Source of the DNA: Balneolales bacterium
Lineage (GTDB): Bacteria > Bacteroidota > Rhodothermia > Balneolales > Natronogracilivirgulaceae
Length of the DNA: 64,000 bases
Reading direction: 5' to 3'
Assembly (NCBI GenBank): GCA_040905685.1
Contig: JBBDRB010000040.1
Coordinates: 19,084 to 83,083, forward strand
Made by a program: the position numbers and the translations under genes. Positions 25,639 through 34,830 of the stretch are shown here, piece by piece. Position 1 is the stretch's first letter. Every line of letters starts with the position of its first letter. The notes under the pieces were generated by a model. It searched no databases and was not told the DNA's origin. It saw only the letters and a program-made list of their open reading frames with translations.

Positions 25639-28600
25639 TCAGAACTGTTCGCTGACGCCAAATACAAAGCGAGTGCCGAAATCATCGTTTCCCTGGAGGG
25701 CATGCAGGTAAAAGGGCATACGAATGCTAAGGCTGAGTTTTTGCAGGAATCTGCTTTGGGGGCGCCAACGGTCAAAGGCATTCAACGAGGCCAGATCATA
25801 GGTGAGGCCTGTTCCGATCCCGGCAAGAATATTATTTTGCCCGGATTCATCAAAAACCGGAAAGTCATCCAGCCAATCCCCTGACCAGCTCTTGCCAAGT
25901 CCAGAGAAAAGCTCAAACGAAAGCGGATCGAGGCCACGGTTTCCATCAAAAGGCTGCCAGGTATTCCAGATCGTCATGCTGAAATAGTTGTTGCCGAACT
26001 CGTCCGGAGATCCGATCCCGGCTAGTCCGTACCCCAGCAGCCCGTTTCCATTGCCGGCAAGGAGGTTCAAATCACGGACGAGTTCATTGCTGATGTTGGC
26101 CGTGCTCCACCAGGTTTCATTCTGCCAGAGCTGTTCGGAAGACGGACCCGAAACCGGCCACCGGTACTGCCGGGGCATTCCCTGTGAACCCCAGCCTATA
26201 GACAGCCCAAAGCGGGAAGACAGTTTATGCCCTGTCAAAAAGGTGCGGTTAGCCTTCAGGGAACTATGGCTGGCGGATAAAAAATCACCGAAACTTGCGG
26301 CCGTAAGATTGAGGCTGAACCCATTTTCCCGAGCATCGCCATGGGTATAGCTCAGCGCTAACCCCCAGGTATTTCCGGCCTCCCACGAACCGTCCAGCAC
26401 GTCAATGAACCGGTCGGCCGTTTTGGCCTGGTGGAAAGCAGACAAACGAATCTCACGAAAGGTATCTTCCAGGACCCCGAACCGGCCAAGTTGCCGTGAG
26501 AATGCTATACGTTCCTCAAAAACACCGTAATAACGTTTTACACCGGCATTCAGGTAGCTTTCCGGGCCAAATTGCTCAAGTTTTCTCTGATACTGCAAAC
26601 GGTAATCTACATCCGTATTATCGGGATGATAGCCATGCAGCCCTCCTCCGGAGACAAAAAACGAAGCTTCCAGGGAAGGATTGTCAAACAGGTAGGCACC
26701 ATAGGAGGTCATCCCCAGGCGGATACCGGCTGTCTGGCCATACCATAAGGCCGGACGATAACTATAGCCAAAATGCTCGCGGCCGGGACGGGCCGGCCGG
26801 GTGAACCGGGCTTCAAGGGGAAAGGGACGGACGTTATTGAGCCTGTTACGGTCCGCCATCCGCAGGCTGGGGTCAATCCCGGCGCGAACCGTCTTTTGTC
26901 CCTTGTTAGGAATGGTAAATTCATAAAAAGTGTGGGTCCATGGCCAGGCGGGCAGAACGATCCATTCCTGGTCTGTATGGTCCGGTTCTTTTCGGCCAAG
27001 CATGAGATCCAGGGGAATATAGACCATCACGCTCTCCCCGTTTTCAAAATCAACTTCAAGATCGACGGGCATGAGGTGATCGTCTTTGCGTTCCAGGCGG
27101 ATAGTAAGGCTGTCCCCGGTTTGGGTCAGCTTGTCTATGGCATAATCGATGGTATGCGTTGTAGTCAGGGCATGGTCAAAATACCAGTCCAGGATCAGGC
27201 CGCTTTCTTTCTCCACAATCCGTTTAAAATCGGTTGGGTCGGGATGACGGAATTGCCACTCCCTGAAATACCGCCTCAATGACCGCTGTAAGGTTTCCTG
27301 TCCGGCCACATAGGCAAGCTGGTTCAGGAACACAGCTCCCTTGGAATAGGAGGCCACGCTATATGCAAAATTCGTTGTATAATGATCGGCATGCCGTAGC
27401 ATAGGCTCTTCCAGTCCGGAGTCGACAATACTCAGGTAACGCAGGTAACTATTGAGGTGGGGATCGCCCTCTATGCCAAAAAGATGCTGCATGGTCAGGT
27501 TGGATATATAGGTGGTGAACCCTTCGTCCATCCAGGCATAGAGGTTCTCGTTGGTGGCCAGCGTGGAATGGAACCACATATGAGCCAGTTCATGCACGGT
27601 TACTCCAACCAGGCTGTACAGGGAGCGGTGGCCGGTGATCAGGGTGGCCATTGGATATTCCATGCCGCCGTCGCCTCCCTGAATAACCGAAAACTGTTCA
27701 AAGGGATATGTGCCGACCTGTTCACTGATAAATCGTATGGCTTCCATGGTAAAGTTGCCCAGCATTTCCCAATCCCGGGTTTCAGGGCGCTCGACATACA
27801 AAAGGTGAACCCGCGGCCCGTCGTCCATCTGGTAAATATCATGGGTAAAGTCCACGTCGGCCGCCCATACAAAATCAATGACATTCGGAGCGTGGAATTG
27901 CCAGGTCAGTTCATCGCCTCCGGGACGGTTTGTTTCCGTACCGGAATCCTGGTAGCCGTGGCCGATTTCATGGGGATTCTGAAGATAGCCGGTCGCGCCG
28001 AGAACATAGGAGGAGTCGATGGTGATCGTTACATCAAAGTCGCCGAATACCCCATGGAATTCCCGATTTACATACGGATGGGTGTGCCAGCCTTCCTCGT
28101 CATACGCCGCCATTTTAGGGTACCACTGAGCCATTGAATAATCGATGCCCTCCCTGTTATTCCTGCCGCTGCGCCGTACCTGAACAGGCACCCTCCCCTC
28201 AAAGGTCATGTCGAACTCGGCCTGGCTGCCTGGCATTATGGGTTCGGCCAGTTCCACAACCAGGATTGTTTGTTCGGTCCGGTACTCCAGGGGCCGGCCA
28301 TTTTGGCTAAGGGAAACGACACGCTGATACCCGGTTTCATCGTCATCGAGGTGATAAATACGCTCACCCACCCGGCTGTCCGGATCCACGATCGTGCGAG
28401 ACCGTACATCCATTAAGCTGTTAGGCTTAAAAGCATTAAAATACAGATGATAATATACATTATGCAGGGTGTCCGGGGAATGGTTCGTATAGACTACCTT
28501 CTGTGTTCCGGATAACCGGTGGGTTTCCACATCAAGGTGCACATCCATATCGTAGTGTATGGACTGCTGCCAGCGTGCGGATTGATGCTGGGCAGCGGAT

Positions 28601-28659
28601 GTCTGGGTTAAAAGTAACAGAAATAAAAATGAAAAAACTATCGTTTTTGCCATTGTCAC
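25639..28659 (-). CDS. M1-family zinc metallopeptidase with long C-terminal extension
   Basis: Signal peptide, a GxMEN-like GGMEYP motif, and HELAHMWF-X18-E zinc site. About 400 additional C-terminal residues match no family I recognise. Confidence 0.88.
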   Translation of the reverse strand: MTMAKTIVFSFLFLLLLTQTSAAQHQSARWQQSIHYDMDVHLDVETHRLSGTQKVVYTNHSPDTLHNVYYHLYFNAFKPNSLMDVRSRTIVDPDSRVGERIYHLDDDETGYQRVVSLSQNGRPLEYRTEQTILVVELAEPIMPGSQAEFDMTFEGRVPVQVRRSGRNNREGIDYSMAQWYPKMAAYDEEGWHTHPYVNREFHGVFGDFDVTITIDSSYVLGATGYLQNPHEIGHGYQDSGTETNRPGGDELTWQFHAPNVIDFVWAADVDFTHDIYQMDDGPRVHLLYVERPETRDWEMLGNFTMEAIRFISEQVGTYPFEQFSVIQGGDGGMEYPMATLITGHRSLYSLVGVTVHELAHMWFHSTLATNENLYAWMDEGFTTYISNLTMQHLFGIEGDPHLNSYLRYLSIVDSGLEEPMLRHADHYTTNFAYSVASYSKGAVFLNQLAYVAGQETLQRSLRRYFREWQFRHPDPTDFKRIVEKESGLILDWYFDHALTTTHTIDYAIDKLTQTGDSLTIRLERKDDHLMPVDLEVDFENGESVMVYIPLDLMLGRKEPDHTDQEWIVLPAWPWTHTFYEFTIPNKGQKTVRAGIDPSLRMADRNRLNNVRPFPLEARFTRPARPGREHFGYSYRPALWYGQTAGIRLGMTSYGAYLFDNPSLEASFFVSGGGLHGYHPDNTDVDYRLQYQRKLEQFGPESYLNAGVKRYYGVFEERIAFSRQLGRFGVLEDTFREIRLSAFHQAKTADRFIDVLDGSWEAGNTWGLALSYTHGDARENGFSLNLTAASFGDFLSASHSSLKANRTFLTGHKLSSRFGLSIGWGSQGMPRQYRWPVSGPSSEQLWQNETWWSTANISNELVRDLNLLAGNGNGLLGYGLAGIGSPDEFGNNYFSMTIWNTWQPFDGNRGLDPLSFELFSGLGKSWSGDWLDDFPVFDESGQNNILAGIGTGLTYDLASLNAFDRWRPQSRFLQKLSLSIRMPFYLHALQGNDDFGTRFVFGVSEQF

Positions 28660-28666
28660 AGTTACT

Positions 28667-29749
28667 CTATTTAAATTTTCTCAGGTCTTCGTCATCCAGC
28701 TGTTCATATATTTTCTTAACATCCTGGGCGGCATCAAGCCGGCACAGCAGAAGAGCATCTTCTGTTTCAATTAAGCCTATACCATGGATCCCCACCAGTG
28801 CCACGAGCTTATTGCTGGTGATGGAGAGATAACAATTATCAGAGTCAACCATGGCATGATGGTTTGCATGGACTACGTTGCCGTTACCGTCTTTATCATC
28901 GAGTTCATAAATGGCCATCCAGCTTCCCACATCGTTCCAGCCAAAATCACCCGGCACCACATGCACGGCCTGCGCCTTTTCCATGATGCCGTAATCGATG
29001 GAAATGGAAATGCAATTATGATAAAAATTATTGATCGCCTGGGTCAGATTGCCGGTACCCGGATGGTCTTTCACCTTAACGGCTTCCTGAAAAACCTCCG
29101 GCAGATGGGTCTGGAATTCATCGAATATTGTCTGGGCTTTCCATATAAACATGCCGCTATTCCAGAGGAAATCCCCCGATTCCAAAAACTTAAGCGCCGT
29201 ATTGATATCAGGCTTTTCCGCAAAGGTTTTAACCCGGAGCACAGGGATGTTGTTGCCGGTCGCTTCCTTCTTATCGTTCACCTGAATATAGCCGTAACCG
29301 GTTTCCGGCCTGTTCGGTTTAATTCCTATGGTAACCAGGCTCTGGTCTTTTTCAGCTTTTTCCACGGCGGCTCCCAGAACGTTAAGAAAGGTCTTCTCAT
29401 CGTTGATATAGTGATCCGACGGCAGAACGACCAGCGTGGCGTCAGGGTCCCTGTTCAGCACCAGGGCGGCAGCCAGGGCAATGCAGGGCGCCGTATTCCG
29501 GCCTACCGGTTCGCCGATGATATTTTCATCCGGAATGTCCGGGATTTGTTCTTTAACCAGTTGCGTATAGCTGTCATTGGTGATGATCAGGGTTCGCTCC
29601 AGGGAAATGATCGTTGAAATGCGATGGACCGTATTCTGAAGAAGGCTCCTGTCACCAATTAAATTTAAGAATTGCTTGGGTTTAGCCTGTCTGCTTTTCG
29701 GCCAAAAACGGGAACCGACTCCTCCCGCCATTATGATTGCATAAACCAT
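28667..29749 (-). CDS. manC: mannose-1-phosphate guanylyltransferase
   Basis: The N-terminus is IIMAGGVGSRFWPKSR. At 360 aa the protein lacks the C-terminal cupin/PMI domain. Confidence 0.9.
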   Translation of the reverse strand: MVYAIIMAGGVGSRFWPKSRQAKPKQFLNLIGDRSLLQNTVHRISTIISLERTLIITNDSYTQLVKEQIPDIPDENIIGEPVGRNTAPCIALAAALVLNRDPDATLVVLPSDHYINDEKTFLNVLGAAVEKAEKDQSLVTIGIKPNRPETGYGYIQVNDKKEATGNNIPVLRVKTFAEKPDINTALKFLESGDFLWNSGMFIWKAQTIFDEFQTHLPEVFQEAVKVKDHPGTGNLTQAINNFYHNCISISIDYGIMEKAQAVHVVPGDFGWNDVGSWMAIYELDDKDGNGNVVHANHHAMVDSDNCYLSITSNKLVALVGIHGIGLIETEDALLLCRLDAAQDVKKIYEQLDDEDLRKFK

Positions 29750-29828
29750 GTTTTGAATTTAGGTGATACCAGTTATTAACCGTAAAGGTACCAAATTAAA
29801 CCCAAAACCGCATTCCAAAACTCAGACG

Positions 29829-30629
29829 TTACAGCTGACTTTCGAAACGCTCACGCAATTCCTGAATATATACGCCGATGTCGTTACGCAGTTCAAAGAG
29901 ACGCTGATGAATCTCATAATACCTGGATGAATTCATCAATTTATTTTTTTTCAGATGCTGCAGCATTTCAAGGGATATATTGGCATAGCTGAGCGCTTTT
30001 TTGCAGTAAACAATATTCGCACCCATGACGTCTAATTCAAACCCAAAGGAGTAACCCGCAGCCAATTTCGCGCTGATCAGAAGGGAGTTGGAAATAAAAT
30101 TAGTAAATGCTTCGTCATCAAAGTGATGGGATTCAGCCTCGGCAAATTTTAACAGTTCAGCACCCAGGCTCCGGGCTTCAAGGTAGACGCTTAGATTTTC
30201 AATAGCCCCGTAATCGGACATGGCAAAATCTTCCGAGAATTGTTTCCACTCCTCTCCGTCATCGTCGCGGAACTCATTATCCTCATCCTCCTCATCATCA
30301 TCCAAATCAAGGAAATCTTCCCAGTCTTCATAATCGTCGTCATCCTCGAACATGGAAAAAAACGGATCGGAATCATCGTCATCGTCATCTTCCCAATCTT
30401 CATCGTCCGGGAAATAGGATTCTTCTATCAGAAGTTCTTCCTCGATATAGGCATTCATGACATCCAGCTTCGAGTTATACTCACTTAACAGACGGAGCCA
30501 CCGAGGCTTTTCATCCGGCAAGCCGGACGTAAAGAATTCCCGCAACTGCTCATTGCGTTGTTCCATTTCCTTAAGATGAACTTCCCACTGGAATTCATCC
30601 CAGATTTCATCATCTTTATTGAACATCAT
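29829..30629 (-). CDS. hyper-acidic hypothetical protein (266 aa)
   Basis: A long ORF with no competing gene. The central tract of about 65 aa is almost entirely D/E/W/F, and the C-terminal part is predicted helical. No family recognised. Confidence 0.6.
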   Translation of the reverse strand: MMFNKDDEIWDEFQWEVHLKEMEQRNEQLREFFTSGLPDEKPRWLRLLSEYNSKLDVMNAYIEEELLIEESYFPDDEDWEDDDDDDSDPFFSMFEDDDDYEDWEDFLDLDDDEEDEDNEFRDDDGEEWKQFSEDFAMSDYGAIENLSVYLEARSLGAELLKFAEAESHHFDDEAFTNFISNSLLISAKLAAGYSFGFELDVMGANIVYCKKALSYANISLEMLQHLKKNKLMNSSRYYEIHQRLFELRNDIGVYIQELRERFESQL

Positions 30630-30743
30630 TATAGCGCCAAGTTATTGATTATTTAAAATTTGGAACTTACTAGTTTTCTTCATACGTCGTAAAACGTCAG
30701 GGAAACTTGAATATTTCGATTCGTATCCGGTGTTTTGATCCCT

Positions 30744-31580
30744 TCAAATTCTTTCCAAAACACGGGTCATTATTTTTGTCATGTTGGGTTCGGCAAGATC
30801 TGCCGCTTCCAGTATATCTTTTATATTAACTTTTTTCAGGGTATCGGGAAAACATTCGTCTGTAATTGCGGAAATGCCAAGAACTTTCATATTCATATGT
30901 ACCGCAGCTATCACTTCGGGAATGGTGCTCATGCCCACAACATCCGTTCCAATGTTCCTAAGATACCGGTATTCAGCCCTGGTTTCCAGCATAGGTCCGG
31001 CCACGGAGGTATAAACGCCCTGATGCATCCTGATCCCGTTTTCCAGGGCCGCGTTTTCAGCATGCCCGATCAGATCGCGGCAATAGGGTTCGCTCATATC
31101 GGGAAACCGAATGCCCAGCTCGTCGTCGTTTGGTCCGGTAAGGGGGTTGTCGCCCAGTAAATTGATATGGTCAACAATGCACATGATGTCTCCTTTCCGA
31201 AAATGGGGATTCATGCCTCCCCCGGCATTAGAGATCAGCAGGGTATGTGCTCCGTTCATCTTAAGCACCCGCAGGGGAAATACAATCTGTTGCATGGTAT
31301 AGCCTTCATACCGGTGAAAACGACCCTGCATGGCTACAATATGTTTACCGCCAAGTTTCCCGAACACTAAACGTCCGGCATGACTTTCCACCGTGGAGAC
31401 CGGAAAGCAGGGAATGTCGGCGTAGGATAGGGTTGCCTGAACCTCCATTTGATTCGCCAGCTGCCCAAGACCCGTACCCAGAATGATCAAATATTCCGGC
31501 CTGCATTTAGTTTGTGCCTGTATATATGCAAGAGCTTCTTTCCGCCTGGTCCGGGATTCTACTATGGATTCTGCAAGCAT
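30744..31580 (-). CDS. purine nucleoside phosphorylase (trimeric PNP/PunA type)
   Basis: Motifs ILGTGLG, STVESHAG.LVFG, MQGRFH.YEGY, NAGGG and GMSTIPEV. Confidence 0.92.
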   Translation of the reverse strand: MLAESIVESRTRRKEALAYIQAQTKCRPEYLIILGTGLGQLANQMEVQATLSYADIPCFPVSTVESHAGRLVFGKLGGKHIVAMQGRFHRYEGYTMQQIVFPLRVLKMNGAHTLLISNAGGGMNPHFRKGDIMCIVDHINLLGDNPLTGPNDDELGIRFPDMSEPYCRDLIGHAENAALENGIRMHQGVYTSVAGPMLETRAEYRYLRNIGTDVVGMSTIPEVIAAVHMNMKVLGISAITDECFPDTLKKVNIKDILEAADLAEPNMTKIMTRVLERI

Positions 31581-31703
31581 AGGTATTAGGTATACTGAAT
31601 AAAGCTTTAAAACGGGGTGTTCCGATATGGAAAATCAGCCTGTATTTGATCGTCTAAGATATAAAAAAATGAGGACTTTATAAACTTTTGCAGAGGGAGA
31701 CCC

Positions 31704-32342
31704 TCAGTCGATCTCATCAAGCAAATCATCCATATCGTCGGGATTGGTTGAAAAATATTTTACTTTTTTCCCTTCCTCCTTTGATTTGTCCTCCGTTTCA
31801 TCTTCCCCGCTTTCTCCCGTGGCTGCACTTTTGCTTTTATTTGCCATTGGCAGGGGATCGTCTTCAATAGCCGGTGGCTGGTACACAGACGCTTCGTCCC
31901 GCTTGAAAGCATCGAGGCTTTCACCGGCCAGATCAAGATAGGATTTCATTCCCCTGATAATTTCCTGGCGCCGGTCCAGCAGGTTCAGGATCCCCGAACG
32001 AATTTCACGGCGCTGATCCTGAGCACTGCGTATGATCTTTTCAGCTTCCAGTTCGGCCTTCCGGATCGTGGTCTCCGACTCCCGCCGGGCTCCTGTTATC
32101 CGCTGGTCGGCCGAAGCCTTGGCCGACTGCAGGGTCTCATGCAGGGCTTCTTCAACCTTTTCATAGTGCTTAAGTTTATCTTTTAGCCGGCTTATTTCAT
32201 TTTCCTGTTCCTTGGTTTTTCCTACAAGATGTTCCCATTCACTGGAAACCACATTCAGAAAACTTTTTACTTCCGTAATATCATAGCCGCGGAGGGATTT
32301 TTCAAATGTTTGCTGCTTAATTTCAAGTGCCGTCAGATTCAT
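31704..32342 (-). CDS. DivIVA domain-containing protein
   Basis: The N-terminus (LTALEIKQQTFEKSLRGYDITEVKSFL) is the DivIVA lipid-binding domain signature. A coiled-coil and an acidic tail follow. Confidence 0.88.
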   Translation of the reverse strand: MNLTALEIKQQTFEKSLRGYDITEVKSFLNVVSSEWEHLVGKTKEQENEISRLKDKLKHYEKVEEALHETLQSAKASADQRITGARRESETTIRKAELEAEKIIRSAQDQRREIRSGILNLLDRRQEIIRGMKSYLDLAGESLDAFKRDEASVYQPPAIEDDPLPMANKSKSAATGESGEDETEDKSKEEGKKVKYFSTNPDDMDDLLDEID

Positions 32343-32431
32343 AATAGAGGGGATTTCAAATGGATGCTATTTGAATCAAGTTATTGTACGCGGGAGTCAT
32401 TTTCAAGAAAAATTAACGATCTTTTCCGCCC

Positions 32432-32740
32432 TTATTCCCTCAGTTTATTCTGCAGGGGTCTTTTTTCATCAGGCAGGTCAGCGGGGGACCCGGTTTGAGC
32501 GGAGGGCAGCCCCATATCGTTGTCAACGATAATGGTTTCCAGGTTTTGTATTCGTTTTTCGGTTCGCCGGCTGAGTGTTTCAAGTTCGGAGAGCCGCCCG
32601 GCGACAGAGGATTTGTTTCCGCTGCGCCTGTCAATCCAGTATTTAATGAGGTCGGCAATTTTTATGATAAACAAGGCTGTCAATCCAATACCCAGAACAA
32701 TAGCCGTGACGGCCACCATAACTTCCCCCGGTCCTATCAT
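32432..32740 (-). CDS. small single-TM coiled-coil protein, PspB-like (tentative)
   Basis: 102 aa. One N-terminal TM helix, a basic stretch, then RIQNLETII, which resembles the E. coli PspB RIQALESIL motif by recall. Confidence 0.55.
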   Translation of the reverse strand: MIGPGEVMVAVTAIVLGIGLTALFIIKIADLIKYWIDRRSGNKSSVAGRLSELETLSRRTEKRIQNLETIIVDNDMGLPSAQTGSPADLPDEKRPLQNKLRE

Positions 32741-33036
32741 GATTTGCTTCTCCGTTTTTTAAGTAATTCGTTGATTTCTTCATCCGGATCATTCTCCTTA
32801 TCTTCATGGCCGGCCTGACCGGCTTTATTCAGACCGGAGAATTCCTCCGGGTCTGCAGCCGCTATGGCTTCGAGGTTTTCCAGCCTTTTTTTCAGCTTAT
32901 CCATTTCTTTGCGGAAACCGGCCCTCTCTTTTTCCGATTCGATGCGGGAGGTTTTGTTTCGCTTATGGTATTCGCTGAAGGTCCCGGCTAAGATCGATAC
33001 CACGATGATGATGGTCAAGAATGTCCACATGGCCAC
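32737..33036 (-). CDS. small single-TM coiled-coil protein, PspB-like (tentative)
   Basis: 99 aa with the same architecture (TM, basic stretch, RLENLEAIA). Its stop overlaps the downstream paralogue's start (ATGA). Confidence 0.55.
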   Translation of the reverse strand: MAMWTFLTIIIVVSILAGTFSEYHKRNKTSRIESEKERAGFRKEMDKLKKRLENLEAIAAADPEEFSGLNKAGQAGHEDKENDPDEEINELLKKRRSKS

Positions 33037-33116
33037 TTTTATAAAGAACTTTCCGTTTAAATTTTCTGTATTTCCCTTAGTTTACGTAAAATAATGCAGC
33101 ATGTTCCCGAAAATTT

Positions 33117-33803
33117 TTATTCCCTGCCCCCGAAGATGGCCGTGCCGACCCGCACCATGGTAGAACCTTCCTCAATGGCTGTTTCCAGGTCTCCGGTCAT
33201 GCCCATTGAAAGGTGATGCATTTTCATCCTCTCCGTTTCAAAACCCGTATGTGCATCCCGCAATTCCCTCAGAAGACGAAATTCGGGACGTATTGCCTCG
33301 GTATTGTCGGTAAAGGCGGCCATGCCCATCAATCCCCGGACCCGGGTCCATTTCAGGTTTTGCGCCAGAGCGAGGACCTGTTTTAAATCGTCCGGGTGGA
33401 ATCCGCTTTTCTGATCCTCGCCACTGATGTTAACCTGAATCAGTACATTTATGTTCCTTTCGAGGAAAGCCGCTCGTTTCTCCAGTTCCTTCAAATGTTT
33501 TTGTTTACTGATGGAATGGATCCAGTTTGCCCGTTTTGCCAGGAATCGGATCTTGTTGGTTTGAAGCGCACCGATCATGTGCCACTGGATATCATCGCCC
33601 GGGATATCCATTTTATCCAACAGCTCCTGAACCTTGTTTTCACCAAAATGCCGTTGTCCGCAGGCCATGGCTTCCGTAATGGCCCGAAGCGGTTTGGTCT
33701 TGCTGACTGCGATCAGGGTAATTTCATCACTGTCCCGCCCGGACCGTTCACAGGCAGCAGTAATCCTTTTCTTAACGGATTCAATATTTAAGCAAATATC
33801 CAT
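33117..33803 (-). CDS. yggS: YggS-family pyridoxal-phosphate homeostasis protein
   Basis: Motifs LIAVSKTK (PLP lysine), FGENKVQE, WHMIG.LQ.NK and LSMGMT.D. Confidence 0.92.
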   Translation of the reverse strand: MDICLNIESVKKRITAACERSGRDSDEITLIAVSKTKPLRAITEAMACGQRHFGENKVQELLDKMDIPGDDIQWHMIGALQTNKIRFLAKRANWIHSISKQKHLKELEKRAAFLERNINVLIQVNISGEDQKSGFHPDDLKQVLALAQNLKWTRVRGLMGMAAFTDNTEAIRPEFRLLRELRDAHTGFETERMKMHHLSMGMTGDLETAIEEGSTMVRVGTAIFGGRE

Positions 33804-34035
33804 ATCTGAAATAAATTATATTTTCTGCAGGCTCTGCGTTCAGGCCTGATTTTTAAACAAAATTAGACTTTTAGTTTGACCAGAAAAAGTTTATTTTACG
33901 AGTCTAATTAAAATAAGGTAATCCTGATCTTTTTCTTTTTTTAAGAATGGTAATATTGGATTTTTTACCACCATATGTTCATGATGGATTGCCGCCTGGA
34001 TACATCAAATGGCGGCAAGGAGGTCCCCCCGGGGA

Positions 34036-34830
34036 ATGATGACAACTACGGCCGGTCATATCTCCACTTTTTTTGAGAAGTGGGCACCCGAAAGGACGAA
34101 GCTGGACTACGATAACGTTGGTCTGCTCATAGGAAGTAAACATAAAACCGTTAGCAAAATCCTGACCTGCCTGGACATCACCGAAGCGATAGTTGAGGAA
34201 GCCGTTAGCGGAAATTTCGATCTGATCGTCGCCCACCACCCGGTTATATTCAAAAAAGTAAGCCGCATAAATCCTGACAGTATCCAGGGTAAAATCATCT
34301 ACAAGCTAATTTCCGGCGATATTGCTGTTTTGGCTGTGCATACTAATCTGGATGCCGCTGAAAACGGGGTTTCCTTTGTTCTTGCCAATCAGATCGGGTT
34401 AAAAAATACGGCGTTTTTAACCCGGCAGCAAGACGATGAGACACCAACCGGCTTCGGAGTGATCGGGGAATTTGAAAACAGCCTGCCTCAGGCTGAATTT
34501 CTGGAAACCGTCAAAAATCAATTAAACTGTGAGGCCATCCGCTATACCGGAAGCCGGTCCAGTGTCCAAAAGATAGCTGTCTGTGGCGGATCAGGATCAT
34601 CGCTGGCATCAAAAGCCATGGACTCGGGAGCCGATGCCTATATCACAGCCGATGTCAAATACCATGATTTTTTTACCGAAAAAGCAGACTTTTTGCTTTT
34701 GGATGTCGGCCATTATGAAAGCGAATCCCCCATTATAAACATTATGAGGGATGCCCTGAAGAGCGAGTTTACGGAACTGAATGTAGAATCAACACGGATT
34801 AATACCAACCCAATACAAACTTATAAATGA
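34036..34830 (+). CDS. Nif3-like dinuclear metal centre protein (GTP cyclohydrolase 1 type 2 homologue)
   Basis: Motifs DNVGLLIG, LIVAHHP.IF, AVHTNLD and D.GHYESE. The Met at 34036/34039 is preferred to the upstream start at 34009. Confidence 0.88.
   Translation: MMTTTAGHISTFFEKWAPERTKLDYDNVGLLIGSKHKTVSKILTCLDITEAIVEEAVSGNFDLIVAHHPVIFKKVSRINPDSIQGKIIYKLISGDIAVLAVHTNLDAAENGVSFVLANQIGLKNTAFLTRQQDDETPTGFGVIGEFENSLPQAEFLETVKNQLNCEAIRYTGSRSSVQKIAVCGGSGSSLASKAMDSGADAYITADVKYHDFFTEKADFLLLDVGHYESESPIINIMRDALKSEFTELNVESTRINTNPIQTYK

Noticed and set aside
28784-29617. 277-aa ORF on the + strand.
   Set aside because: It lies entirely antisense to the clearly recognisable mannose-1-phosphate guanylyltransferase gene. 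The translation is low-complexity and unlike any family, as expected for a shadow frame opposite a real gene.
30225-30416. GAT/GAA-rich low-complexity DNA as a possible non-coding repeat or sequencing artefact.
   Set aside because: The reading frame stays open through the tract and continues into structured N- and C-terminal regions. I treat it as a coding acidic tract.
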